From the NCBI GenBank assembly GCA_049596955.1, contig JBMYMD010000002.1:7107-71106 (forward strand): a DNA stretch of 64,000 nt, given 5' to 3'. This document shows, piece after piece, positions 1 to 8,393 of this stretch (the stretch's first letter is position 1; the number at the start of each line of letters is the position of its first letter). The notes beneath the pieces are model-generated. The model saw only the letters and a program-made list of their open reading frames with translations. It was not told where the DNA came from and searched no databases. This DNA is from Flavobacteriaceae bacterium (GTDB lineage Bacteria > Bacteroidota > Bacteroidia > Flavobacteriales > Flavobacteriaceae). The position numbers and the translations under genes were made by a program.

Positions 1-586
1 CAGCAAACATTTTAAAGACGAACTCGAATAATTTACAACTGGTAATCAAATCGGGTTCCAAGTAAATTCCTGCGTAAAAAGGCATAAAAAATGCATTTCG
101 AAATCGTGCAGAATAGCCTTTTTCTCTTAAATAAACTCGGGTAGTGGTATGTGCTGTGCGATCAAAAATCGTGTCTTCATTCTCTTCTTTAAGACGCAAC
201 TGCTCTTTTCGAAGGGTGCGTTTATCTTTTAGCGTGGCTACTGAGGTAAGCAGTGTTGACCATAAAAAATTGAAATCTCTATTGACATCTCCAATTTCAA
301 TAGGACGGGTACTGTCTTCAAACAACAAAGCTCCAGGTCTGAATGACATCAGATCTAGAGCTTCGATATCGAGGTATCTTTTTACCTCTGGATAAGCAGT
401 TAATAAGACTTGAAAACCGTGGTCGTAGTAAATGTCGTTTTCGACATCAGTTTTTAGACGACCACCTATCTGGTCTGAAGCTTCGATAAGCTGAGGCGAA
501 TATCCGAGTCTCTCGAGTTCAAGAGCGGCAATTAGTCCGCTCATACCCGCACCAACCACAGCAATTTGAGCCTCATTTTTGTTCAT
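1..586 (-). CDS. NAD(P)/FAD-dependent oxidoreductase (flavin amine-oxidase/desaturase-like), N-terminal part; the C-terminus lies beyond the window edge
   Basis: My own minus-strand translation from the ATG at 586-584 reads MNKNEAQIAVVGAGMSGLIAALELERLGYSPQLIEASDQIGGRLKTDVENDIYYDHGFQVL... This shows a GxGxxG dinucleotide fold followed by E-x5-GGR. The frame stays open to nt 1. It is absent from the ORF track because no stop codon lies in the window. Confidence 0.75.
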   Translation of the reverse strand, partial: MNKNEAQIAVVGAGMSGLIAALELERLGYSPQLIEASDQIGGRLKTDVENDIYYDHGFQVLLTAYPEVKRYLDIEALDLMSFRPGALLFEDSTRPIEIGDVNRDFNFLWSTLLTSVATLKDKRTLRKEQLRLKEENEDTIFDRTAHTTTRVYLREKGYSARFRNAFFMPFYAGIYLEPDLITSCKLFEFVFKMFA

Positions 587-817
587 CTACACTTCAGGAA
601 CAGCTTTTATACGCTTTTCGATTTTTTGTTTTTTCACTGTAACCCTCTTCATTAAATCCATGAGTTCAGTTTCTTTACTCTCTTTGTAAATATCATTAAT
701 CGAAAGAACTAATGCCTTACCCACTCGCGAATACTTCACACGATCACTAGTGCTCATGTGACTCATCGTAAGCTTTTCATAATCTTCAACTTGGGTAATG
801 ATTTCGTTAATGTTCAT
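587..817 (-). CDS. small hypothetical protein (76 aa, charged, helical-looking)
   Basis: ORF track. It abuts the downstream oxidoreductase gene with no spacer. I recognise no family motif. Confidence 0.4.
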   Translation of the reverse strand: MNINEIITQVEDYEKLTMSHMSTSDRVKYSRVGKALVLSINDIYKESKETELMDLMKRVTVKKQKIEKRIKAVPEV

Positions 818-894
818 CTTTTTTTAATTTTCATTAAACAATTTTAAGCAAAATACATAAAAAAGTTGTTTTTCAAATAAAAATTAGCAAAAGT

Positions 895-1854
895 TTAAGC
901 ATTATTGAGATTTTCTTTGTATTTCGTAATTTTTTCGAGTACTCCAAAGGCTGTTTCTGCCATGCGATTGCCTTTTGTATCCAGTAGTGGATTCACCTCA
1001 CAGATCTCGAAACAAACCACTTTTTGCGTATCGAAAAAACTTTTTATGATGTGCAGTACTTCGTCTACATCAAATCCTTTTGACACTGGAGTACCTGTAC
1101 CTGTAGAAATCAAATCACTGCATAAAGAATCGACATCAAACGAAATATAGATGTAATCGCAGTCTTTTAATCGTTCTCTGGCCTCGCTCAAACAGGTCTC
1201 AAAACTTCTATAGCGCAACTCATGAACAGGGTATTCTCTTATACTCATGCGCTCAATAAGTTCGTCTTCTTGCACCTCGGTGTCTCTTAAACCAAAATAC
1301 ACCAGATGCTCAGCTTTGAGTTTAGGCCCCTTTTTTCCGATGTTTTTCATCTTTGTCCATAAGCCTGCAAGCTCTTCAGAAACTGTATTGACGCGAGCGT
1401 CTAAATTATCTTCTCCTAAAGCGGCTGCCATAGGCATTCCATGAACATTTCCTGATGGAGAGGTGTATGGGGTATGCAAATCAGCATGGGCATCAATCCA
1501 AATAGCTCCAATGGTCTTGTCTGGAAATGCAGCGGCGATTCCACTTAAAGTACCTAGGGCTGAAGAGTGGTCGCCAGAGAGTACAATGGGAAAGTGCTTT
1601 GCCATTAAGCTGTTTTTTACCGCTTCACTTACTCGTTCACATTGTTCATTTACATAGTTAATACGGTGAGCCACCTCGAATTCACTTTTGTTGTAAATCG
1701 TTTCGTTATGGGTTTTGACATCCACATAAGGGTAGCGCGTAAAAAATGGGTTGTGGTTGTTAATTGCAGCAATTTCAATGGCGTCAATTCCCATATCTGA
1801 GCCACGAGTACCTGCACCGATATCTGATCGGTTTTTGATAATTTCTATTTGCAT
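895..1854 (-). CDS. arginase-family ureohydrolase (arginase/agmatinase/formiminoglutamase), metal ligands intact
   Basis: Canonical ureohydrolase blocks are present: VLSGDHSSA, IWIDAHADLHTP, ISFDVDSLCSD and EICEVNP. Confidence 0.85.
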   Translation of the reverse strand: MQIEIIKNRSDIGAGTRGSDMGIDAIEIAAINNHNPFFTRYPYVDVKTHNETIYNKSEFEVAHRINYVNEQCERVSEAVKNSLMAKHFPIVLSGDHSSALGTLSGIAAAFPDKTIGAIWIDAHADLHTPYTSPSGNVHGMPMAAALGEDNLDARVNTVSEELAGLWTKMKNIGKKGPKLKAEHLVYFGLRDTEVQEDELIERMSIREYPVHELRYRSFETCLSEARERLKDCDYIYISFDVDSLCSDLISTGTGTPVSKGFDVDEVLHIIKSFFDTQKVVCFEICEVNPLLDTKGNRMAETAFGVLEKITKYKENLNNA

Positions 1855-1865
1855 AAATACATTAG

Positions 1866-2051
1866 TTAGTAGTCGTCTAGATGAAAAGCTTCGAACCCAG
1901 TCAATTCACCTTCTTCAAAGGTAAAAGAAAGTCGTATAGGACGGCAACAAACTTCACAATCTTCAATGTATTCTTGCTCAGAAGTACTCTCATCGAGCAA
2001 CATGGATATATTTTGCCAACAATAGGGGCATTGAAAAAAATGTTCTAACAT
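1866..2051 (-). CDS. CPXCG-motif cysteine-rich small protein (zinc-ribbon-like)
   Basis: The 61-aa product has CPYC...N25...CEVCCRPI, the pattern of the CPXCG family. Only 1 nt separates it from the tolC-like stop codon. Confidence 0.7.
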   Translation of the reverse strand: MLEHFFQCPYCWQNISMLLDESTSEQEYIEDCEVCCRPIRLSFTFEEGELTGFEAFHLDDY

Positions 2052-2052
2052 C

Positions 2053-3366
2053 TTAAAACGCGACGTTTAACAAGGCTCCACAATGCAATAAATACTCCAA
2101 TTCAGCAAGCTTGGCTGTGAACTTCGCTTGAACACGGCTAAGTTCTGTAGCTAGAGTATTGAGTTGGGCTTGTCGGAGTTCTATGGAGGTGATTTGACCC
2201 AATTCAAATCGCTTTTGAGATCTGTTGTAATTATCTTCAGCGGTAATCACATTGTCAATTTGCAATTCGTAGGTCACTCTAGCATTGCGGTAATTTCCTT
2301 CTGCGTTTCTAAGGTCTCTTTCGACTTCTTGTTGTATTTGTAGCTCTTGTAATTCTTGACTTTCTTTAGCCAATTTGGCATTTCGAATGGCAACTTGCTG
2401 CCTTCCCCCAGAAAAAATGTTCCAATTCAAACTCAATCCAGCAGAAACACCTCTTGAATTGCTAGAAGCCAAGAAATTAGTAGCCGGAAAAACTCCCTCA
2501 CTATATCCATAGGCTCCAGTCAAATTAAGTCGAGGCAATAGGTTTGATTTTTGAGCCTTTAGTTGTAACACAGAAATCTCCTGATTGCGCTCTGCCTGAA
2601 GCAATCGAACATTATTAGATAGGTATGTAGAGCGGTGAACACTAAGCACAGAATCCGACACAAAACGAACATTGGGATTACTGCTGAAATCTTCTTCTAA
2701 ATCTCTGGCCAAAATCAAATTTAAATTGCGCTTAGCGTTAGAGAGTGATTGAATCTGCTGCAGTAAATTAATACTATCGGTATTGGCATCGACTTTGGCA
2801 TTTAGAACTTCCAATCGAGACGTACTTCCAAACTCAAAACGCTTTTGAGCCCTAAGCAATCGCATTTTAGAATTCTCTAAGGTCTTTTCAAAGATTTGAA
2901 CCCGCTCTTCGAGTTGTGCTACGTCAAAATAAGCCGCATACAATTGCAACAAGGTCTGTTCTATGGTCTGCCTCACGGCTAAACTTGAGAGTTCGTATTG
3001 TTCTTTAAGCGCCTTATAGGTGTACATTCTACCCAAGCCGTCAAATAAGGTATAATTCAAATTAACAGAGGCGTTGTATCGCTTAGTCTCTGCTCCGTCT
3101 ACAGCCTGACTTCTACCATCTTGAAAAGTAGCTTCTTGACTGTCTTTACTTAGATTCGCTCCGGCAGTAGTCGATAAAGTCGGCAAATATCCAGAATTTA
3201 AAACCGAGGCATTGTTTTGCGCTTGCGACTCTAAATTTTTAGAGATCTGTATTCCAAAATTGTTTTCTAGAGCAATCTTTACCGCTTCTTCTGGATTTAA
3301 AAGTTCTTGAGCAAATCCAAAAGCCGAGTAACACAAAAGGCCTACTACTAAACTATACTTCTTCAT
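2053..3366 (-). CDS. TolC-family outer membrane efflux protein
   Basis: Signal peptide MKKYSLVVGLLCYSAFGFAQE, followed by two long coiled-coil/beta-barrel repeats typical of OEP/TolC proteins. I moved the start to the internal ATG at 3366 (MKKYS...), which gives a 14-nt overlap with the RND gene. Confidence 0.85.
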   Translation of the reverse strand: MKKYSLVVGLLCYSAFGFAQELLNPEEAVKIALENNFGIQISKNLESQAQNNASVLNSGYLPTLSTTAGANLSKDSQEATFQDGRSQAVDGAETKRYNASVNLNYTLFDGLGRMYTYKALKEQYELSSLAVRQTIEQTLLQLYAAYFDVAQLEERVQIFEKTLENSKMRLLRAQKRFEFGSTSRLEVLNAKVDANTDSINLLQQIQSLSNAKRNLNLILARDLEEDFSSNPNVRFVSDSVLSVHRSTYLSNNVRLLQAERNQEISVLQLKAQKSNLLPRLNLTGAYGYSEGVFPATNFLASSNSRGVSAGLSLNWNIFSGGRQQVAIRNAKLAKESQELQELQIQQEVERDLRNAEGNYRNARVTYELQIDNVITAEDNYNRSQKRFELGQITSIELRQAQLNTLATELSRVQAKFTAKLAELEYLLHCGALLNVAF

Positions 3367-6300
3367 CTTGCATTTCTTTATACGATCGTTCAACAGTTCT
3401 TCGCTCGACCCATTCCCCAGTAAACAACCACTTAAAAAACACTTTAACCTGATTTCCGAAGGATAAAAACAAAGGAAGCATAAGTAGGGTCAGTAATGTG
3501 GCAAAGCCTATTCCATAAGATATAGAAACGGCCATAGGTTTTAAAAACTGAGCCTGTCTACTCTTTTCAAGAAGTAGAGGCGCTAGACCAGCGATAGTGG
3601 TTAGGGATGTCAAAAAAATAGCTCTAAAACGAGCTCTACCCGCCTCGTAAAGTGCTTTTTCATATTTCATTCCAGAACGTAAATTTTGATTGAATTTTCC
3701 AATGAGCACCAAACCGTCGTTTACCATAATTCCAATAAGGGCAATGATTCCTAATAAGGAAATGATATTTAATGGAAATCCGTGAATCTTGTGACCCCAT
3801 CCTACAGCGGTCAAACTAAAGGGTACCATAATCAGCAAAAGAAGTGGCTGAGAAAAACTCCTAAAATTAAATGAGATTACCACGAAGATTAAAAACAAGG
3901 CGGTAAAGCCAACGAGTTGAAGAGAATCTATCAACTTTGAGGCTTCTCTGTTTTGCCCTTCATAAGAAGCCGTAACACTTGGGTATCTGGTTACAATATC
4001 AGGCATGATCTCTGTTTGCACCCAGGCTAATATATCTGTAGCCGTTGTTTCATCGGGATTGTCTAAATCCGCATTGATTTGAATTTCGCGTTGTCCATCG
4101 AGATGGTTAATCGCTACCTCACCTCTTTGAATTGAATATTCAGCAATCTCTTTTAGAGGAACGCGTTGACCGTTTGGAGTTAGTATGCGCATCTGATCTA
4201 AGTCTAAAAGAGAGGATCGATTCTCACGCAAATAACGCACCCAAACGCGAATTTCATCTTGACCTCGTTGAAAGCGCAGTGCTTGTGCGCCAAAGAAACC
4301 AGAGCGCACCTGAGACATCACTGAATTTAAATCTAACCCCAAAAGATAGGCGTCGTCTTTTAAGCTTATTTGAATTTCTTTGATACCTTCTGGGTCGTTG
4401 TCTTCGATATCTTTAAGCGCTGAGTTTTCGTTCATCGCTTTTTTTAAAATTCCTTTGGCTCCCTTTAATTCATCAATATTATTTCCCAAAAGAGATACAC
4501 TCACAGGCGGTCCTCCAAAACTATCGCCTGATCCGTAAACCACACTTTCCGCTCCATTTACCGGGCCAACTAATTCACGAATTCGAGAAGAAACTATATT
4601 GGTACGTATGACATCGGGGCGATTTTCTCCAGGTAATAAATTGATTTGCAGACTTGCTGTGGCAGAACCAGGACCATTGCGTCTGAGTGTATTCAAAAAC
4701 AATTTATCTGATCGACCCTCGAGGTATTTTTCACTGAATTCTTCGTTTACAATTAGAGCCTTCTCTTCAATTAATCTGATGATTGAGTCGGTTGTTTTCT
4801 CGTTGGTGCCATTAGGCATTTTTAAGGTCACCTCAATGACATCGGATGCAACTCTAGGAAAAAAAGAGGTTTGTATAATTCCTCCAAAAATAGAACCCAT
4901 AGTCAAAATGAGCAGTCCTAAAAATATCGCAAAAGTCAAGAACGAATGCTTTAAGGTAAAACGCAGCATAGGACTGTATAGATTATCCCGCATCCACATC
5001 ATTAAGCGATCTCCGTAAGTGTTGATGAGTCGCATTTTAGCAAAACCCTTACCGAGCAGTGTTTTAGGCTCTGATTTGGGTTTTAGTGCTTTTGAATGGG
5101 CAAGGTGAGCCGGCAGTATAATCAGTGCCTCGACAAGAGACACCAATAAAGTAAGAATGACAATTATGGCAACCTCAGAGAAAAAATCACTGATTCGACC
5201 GTCGAGAAATAATAAAATGCCAAAGGCCAATATGGTGGTGATAATCGCCGAAACAATGGGAGGAACAACCTCAAGAGTCCCTTCAATAGCAGCCTTAACC
5301 GGCGATTTTCCTTTTTCGTAATTCTGATAAATATTCTCGGCGATGACAATCCCATCATCTACCAAAATCCCCACCACGATGATCATTCCAAATAGGGAGA
5401 GAAAATTAATGGTCACTCCCACAAAAGGGGCTAACATAAACATTCCCAAAAATGAAATAGGCAATCCAAATGCCACCCAGAAAGCCAGTCGAGTGTTTAG
5501 GAAAATAGACAAAAAAATCAGAACCAATACCATCCCAACAAGTGCATTTTCAGTGAGGAGTTCTGTTCGCTGTTCTAAAGTGACAGAGTAATCATTAACT
5601 ACCGTAAGCTGAACATTGCTGTTTTTTTGATTGAAGACCTCTATATAATCACGCACTTTTTCAGCGGTACTCAATAAATCCTCAGTATTTGTGGATTTAA
5701 TGGTACAGGTAATCGCCAAGTCATCATTAAAATAAATTCCATCAGGAGTTTCTGAGAAGCGATCAGATACCTTAGCGATGTCTTCAAGTCTAAGTTTACG
5801 ACCGTCAGGCAGAGCCTTAACCACTATTTTTGATAATTCATCTGCATAGTAAAGACGATTACTAGCCCGAATGAGATATTCTTCAGTATCTGTCTTTACC
5901 TGTCCACCTGTCACCAGTAGGTTGGTCGATCTAATTTTTTGAGCGACTTCTGTAAAACTTATGTTGTAGGCCAATAAGGCATCTTCATCAAGGGCGATTT
6001 CTATCTCCTCATCGGGGTAGCCTTCAAAGCTTATTTGAGAAATACCTTCTATCGCCCGGATATCATTTTCGATTTGACGACCGATCTGTTTTAAAGTAGA
6101 AAGGGGAATGTCTTTACCGCTAATGGCAAAGCCTATGGTCGGTCGAACTACTTCGAGTTTAGAAACCACCAATGGCTCCATTCCACTGGGAAAGGTCGGA
6201 ACGCGATCTACTGCATTTTTAACTTGAAGCAGCATAAAATCAATGTCTTGATTTTGTTCGATTTCAACATTAATTGTTCCACTATTTTCACGGGAGGTTG

Positions 6301-6547
6301 AGGTTACTCGATCAACACCTTGTAATCCTTTTAGGTTGTCTTCAATTTTAAGTACAATTCCCTCTTCGATTTCTTGGGGCGAAGCTCCAGGATATGCAAT
6401 ACTTATTAGGATGTTTCTCGATTCATTTAAGGGGAATATCGAAGATTTCAAAGATAGCGCTCCAACAATACCAAAAATGACAAAAGCCAAAATCAATACG
6501 TTTACTGCAACTTCGTACTTGATAAAGTAAGAAATGATTTTTTTCAT
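3353..6547 (-). CDS. efflux RND transporter permease subunit (AcrB/HAE1-like)
   Basis: 1064 aa with the 12-TM plus two large periplasmic loops architecture. Typical blocks include FGMIIVVGILVDDGIVIAENI and GIIALIGIMVNDGLVLI. Confidence 0.95.
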   Translation of the reverse strand: MKKIISYFIKYEVAVNVLILAFVIFGIVGALSLKSSIFPLNESRNILISIAYPGASPQEIEEGIVLKIEDNLKGLQGVDRVTSTSRENSGTINVEIEQNQDIDFMLLQVKNAVDRVPTFPSGMEPLVVSKLEVVRPTIGFAISGKDIPLSTLKQIGRQIENDIRAIEGISQISFEGYPDEEIEIALDEDALLAYNISFTEVAQKIRSTNLLVTGGQVKTDTEEYLIRASNRLYYADELSKIVVKALPDGRKLRLEDIAKVSDRFSETPDGIYFNDDLAITCTIKSTNTEDLLSTAEKVRDYIEVFNQKNSNVQLTVVNDYSVTLEQRTELLTENALVGMVLVLIFLSIFLNTRLAFWVAFGLPISFLGMFMLAPFVGVTINFLSLFGMIIVVGILVDDGIVIAENIYQNYEKGKSPVKAAIEGTLEVVPPIVSAIITTILAFGILLFLDGRISDFFSEVAIIVILTLLVSLVEALIILPAHLAHSKALKPKSEPKTLLGKGFAKMRLINTYGDRLMMWMRDNLYSPMLRFTLKHSFLTFAIFLGLLILTMGSIFGGIIQTSFFPRVASDVIEVTLKMPNGTNEKTTDSIIRLIEEKALIVNEEFSEKYLEGRSDKLFLNTLRRNGPGSATASLQINLLPGENRPDVIRTNIVSSRIRELVGPVNGAESVVYGSGDSFGGPPVSVSLLGNNIDELKGAKGILKKAMNENSALKDIEDNDPEGIKEIQISLKDDAYLLGLDLNSVMSQVRSGFFGAQALRFQRGQDEIRVWVRYLRENRSSLLDLDQMRILTPNGQRVPLKEIAEYSIQRGEVAINHLDGQREIQINADLDNPDETTATDILAWVQTEIMPDIVTRYPSVTASYEGQNREASKLIDSLQLVGFTALFLIFVVISFNFRSFSQPLLLLIMVPFSLTAVGWGHKIHGFPLNIISLLGIIALIGIMVNDGLVLIGKFNQNLRSGMKYEKALYEAGRARFRAIFLTSLTTIAGLAPLLLEKSRQAQFLKPMAVSISYGIGFATLLTLLMLPLFLSFGNQVKVFFKWLFTGEWVERRTVERSYKEMQDEEV

Positions 6548-6560
6548 GCTTTTCGGTACT

Positions 6561-7673
6561 TTATTCCTCTACGATTTTAACCAACATATCCGCAAATGCA
6601 CCTGCAACAGGCTTTCGAATAATTAGCATGCCATCTTCTACTCCCCTAACAACTGCTTTTTGATCGGTCAGGTGAACCACCTCTACATCCATCAATTTTA
6701 AAAGGGTGTCTTCAACCGTGTAGATTTGTCGCTGATCAACCAGTAAAGATCTGTCAATTTCAATGGCGTTTTCAGCAGGTGCGGCATCCAATACGGCTCT
6801 TAAGTATTGTCCTTCTCTGAGGTCTTCACTCTCTACCTCAACAAAAACCGAAATACTTTGTGTATTTGAATCTATAGCAGGGTTAATGCGTGTTACTCGG
6901 CCCTGATAGGTTTTGCTTCCTTCTAACAATTCAAGCGCAACTGTGCTTCCGAGCTTTAGTATGCTCGAATACCCACTAGGAACAGCCACTTCTAGTTCAT
7001 AGACACCAGATTCGATATAACTCCCTAAATTCTGACCTACTCTTACTAGACTGCCCTCTGTAATAGATGTAGAAGCCAATGAACCCGTAAATGGTGCTCT
7101 TATTTTGTATTTGGCAAGTCTAGTTTGAAGGTTTAAGACGTTGTAATAAGCGTTGGGAATTCCCCTACCATTCATAAAAAATGCCTCCTGAGGAGAATTA
7201 AACTCAGGTAATTCTGGTAAAGGTTTATCCATATCAATGGCATTGAGATAATCCATCCATTTCTGAAAGTATTGAGGAAAATCAATTTCTATATCCGCTA
7301 AGCTCGTGGTGAGCACATTGATGAAATTACTCTTAGCAGATTGTACAGAAGCCCTAAACTCCGTATCGTCTATAGACAAAAGCAAATCACCCTTCTTATA
7401 ATTTTGACCAGGGCGATAAAGTTTTGAAGCAGGCTTAAGGATTCCTTGAACTTCGGCAAATAATTGGACTCTGCGCTTGGCTATCAAACGTCCGTTGGCT
7501 AAAACCTTTATCGGAACCTCTGTGTTTTTTACCTCTAACACAAATACTGGCTTGACCACCTTTTGCGCAGTAGGGCGTTCTCGTTTATTAGCAGAAATAA
7601 TGTTAGATGCAATAGCAATAGAACCACCAATGAGTACTACACCCAATAGTGAGGAAATAATTTTTCTTATCAT
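6561..7673 (-). CDS. efflux RND periplasmic adaptor (membrane fusion protein)
   Basis: N-terminal anchor, lipoyl/barrel-sandwich hybrid blocks (KKGDLLLSIDD ... IRAPFTGSL), and a position heading the RND operon. Confidence 0.9.
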   Translation of the reverse strand: MIRKIISSLLGVVLIGGSIAIASNIISANKRERPTAQKVVKPVFVLEVKNTEVPIKVLANGRLIAKRRVQLFAEVQGILKPASKLYRPGQNYKKGDLLLSIDDTEFRASVQSAKSNFINVLTTSLADIEIDFPQYFQKWMDYLNAIDMDKPLPELPEFNSPQEAFFMNGRGIPNAYYNVLNLQTRLAKYKIRAPFTGSLASTSITEGSLVRVGQNLGSYIESGVYELEVAVPSGYSSILKLGSTVALELLEGSKTYQGRVTRINPAIDSNTQSISVFVEVESEDLREGQYLRAVLDAAPAENAIEIDRSLLVDQRQIYTVEDTLLKLMDVEVVHLTDQKAVVRGVEDGMLIIRKPVAGAFADMLVKIVEE

Positions 7674-7805
7674 AATTGAAGCTTCAACTAAAAGACTTAC
7701 AAAAGCTGGTAAAGTTTAATTGCTTTTTTTTGCAAAAATACCTCATCTCACTTGAAATCTAAGTGTATGTCAGTTCAATAACGAAAAAAGAAGTGAAAAA
7801 GAATC

Positions 7806-8327
7806 TTAGTTAACGCTGTTTAGACGAGATTTAATCTTCTCTAGCGAAATGTCTAAAATGGGCTGGTCTTTTAAATTTTTAAAAGAATCCATCAAATTGG
7901 GCAATTCATCTTTAAAATTATTCATTTCTAAACGAAGCCCCTCAAGAGCCGTAAGCTCAGTAATTGAAGAAGGAAGTTCACCTTCGAGACGATTAAACGA
8001 GAGATTTAGTGATTTTAAATTACTCAGACTCGATATGGTATTTGGAATCTCACCTTTTAAATCGTTGTCAAAAAGATTGAGGCCAGTCACATGACCGTCC
8101 TTAACTTCTACGCCGTACCAACTGTAAACAGGAGCGCTAAAATCCCATCCGTGTTTCCAGTTTTCACCGTCAGTAGATTGAAAAAGATCAATCAAGGCGT
8201 TGTATTCAGAAATTGGAATTTCGCTTTTATAAGTGACCTCAGCGTCAGATTCAATTATTGCATTTGGTAATAAGTCGAGCCACATCATAATGATAACGGC
8301 AAAAGCGAAGTTAATGGCGTATTTCAT
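7806..8327 (-). CDS. secreted/anchored leucine-rich-repeat protein with plant-type 24-residue LRRs
   Basis: N-terminal hydrophobic segment. The cap-like block reads YNALIDLFQSTDGENW...WYGVEVKDGHVTGLNL. Repeats then follow the pattern LxxLxLxxNxLxGELP (NDLKGEIPNTISSLSNLKSLNLSFNRLEGELPSSITELTALEGLRLEMNNF). Confidence 0.75.
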   Translation of the reverse strand: MKYAINFAFAVIIMMWLDLLPNAIIESDAEVTYKSEIPISEYNALIDLFQSTDGENWKHGWDFSAPVYSWYGVEVKDGHVTGLNLFDNDLKGEIPNTISSLSNLKSLNLSFNRLEGELPSSITELTALEGLRLEMNNFKDELPNLMDSFKNLKDQPILDISLEKIKSRLNSVN

Positions 8328-8393
8328 GTCATAAATATGCTTTTCTTTATCGACTAAACGAAGATTTTGTGGTTAAAGTGCATATTTCTGTGG

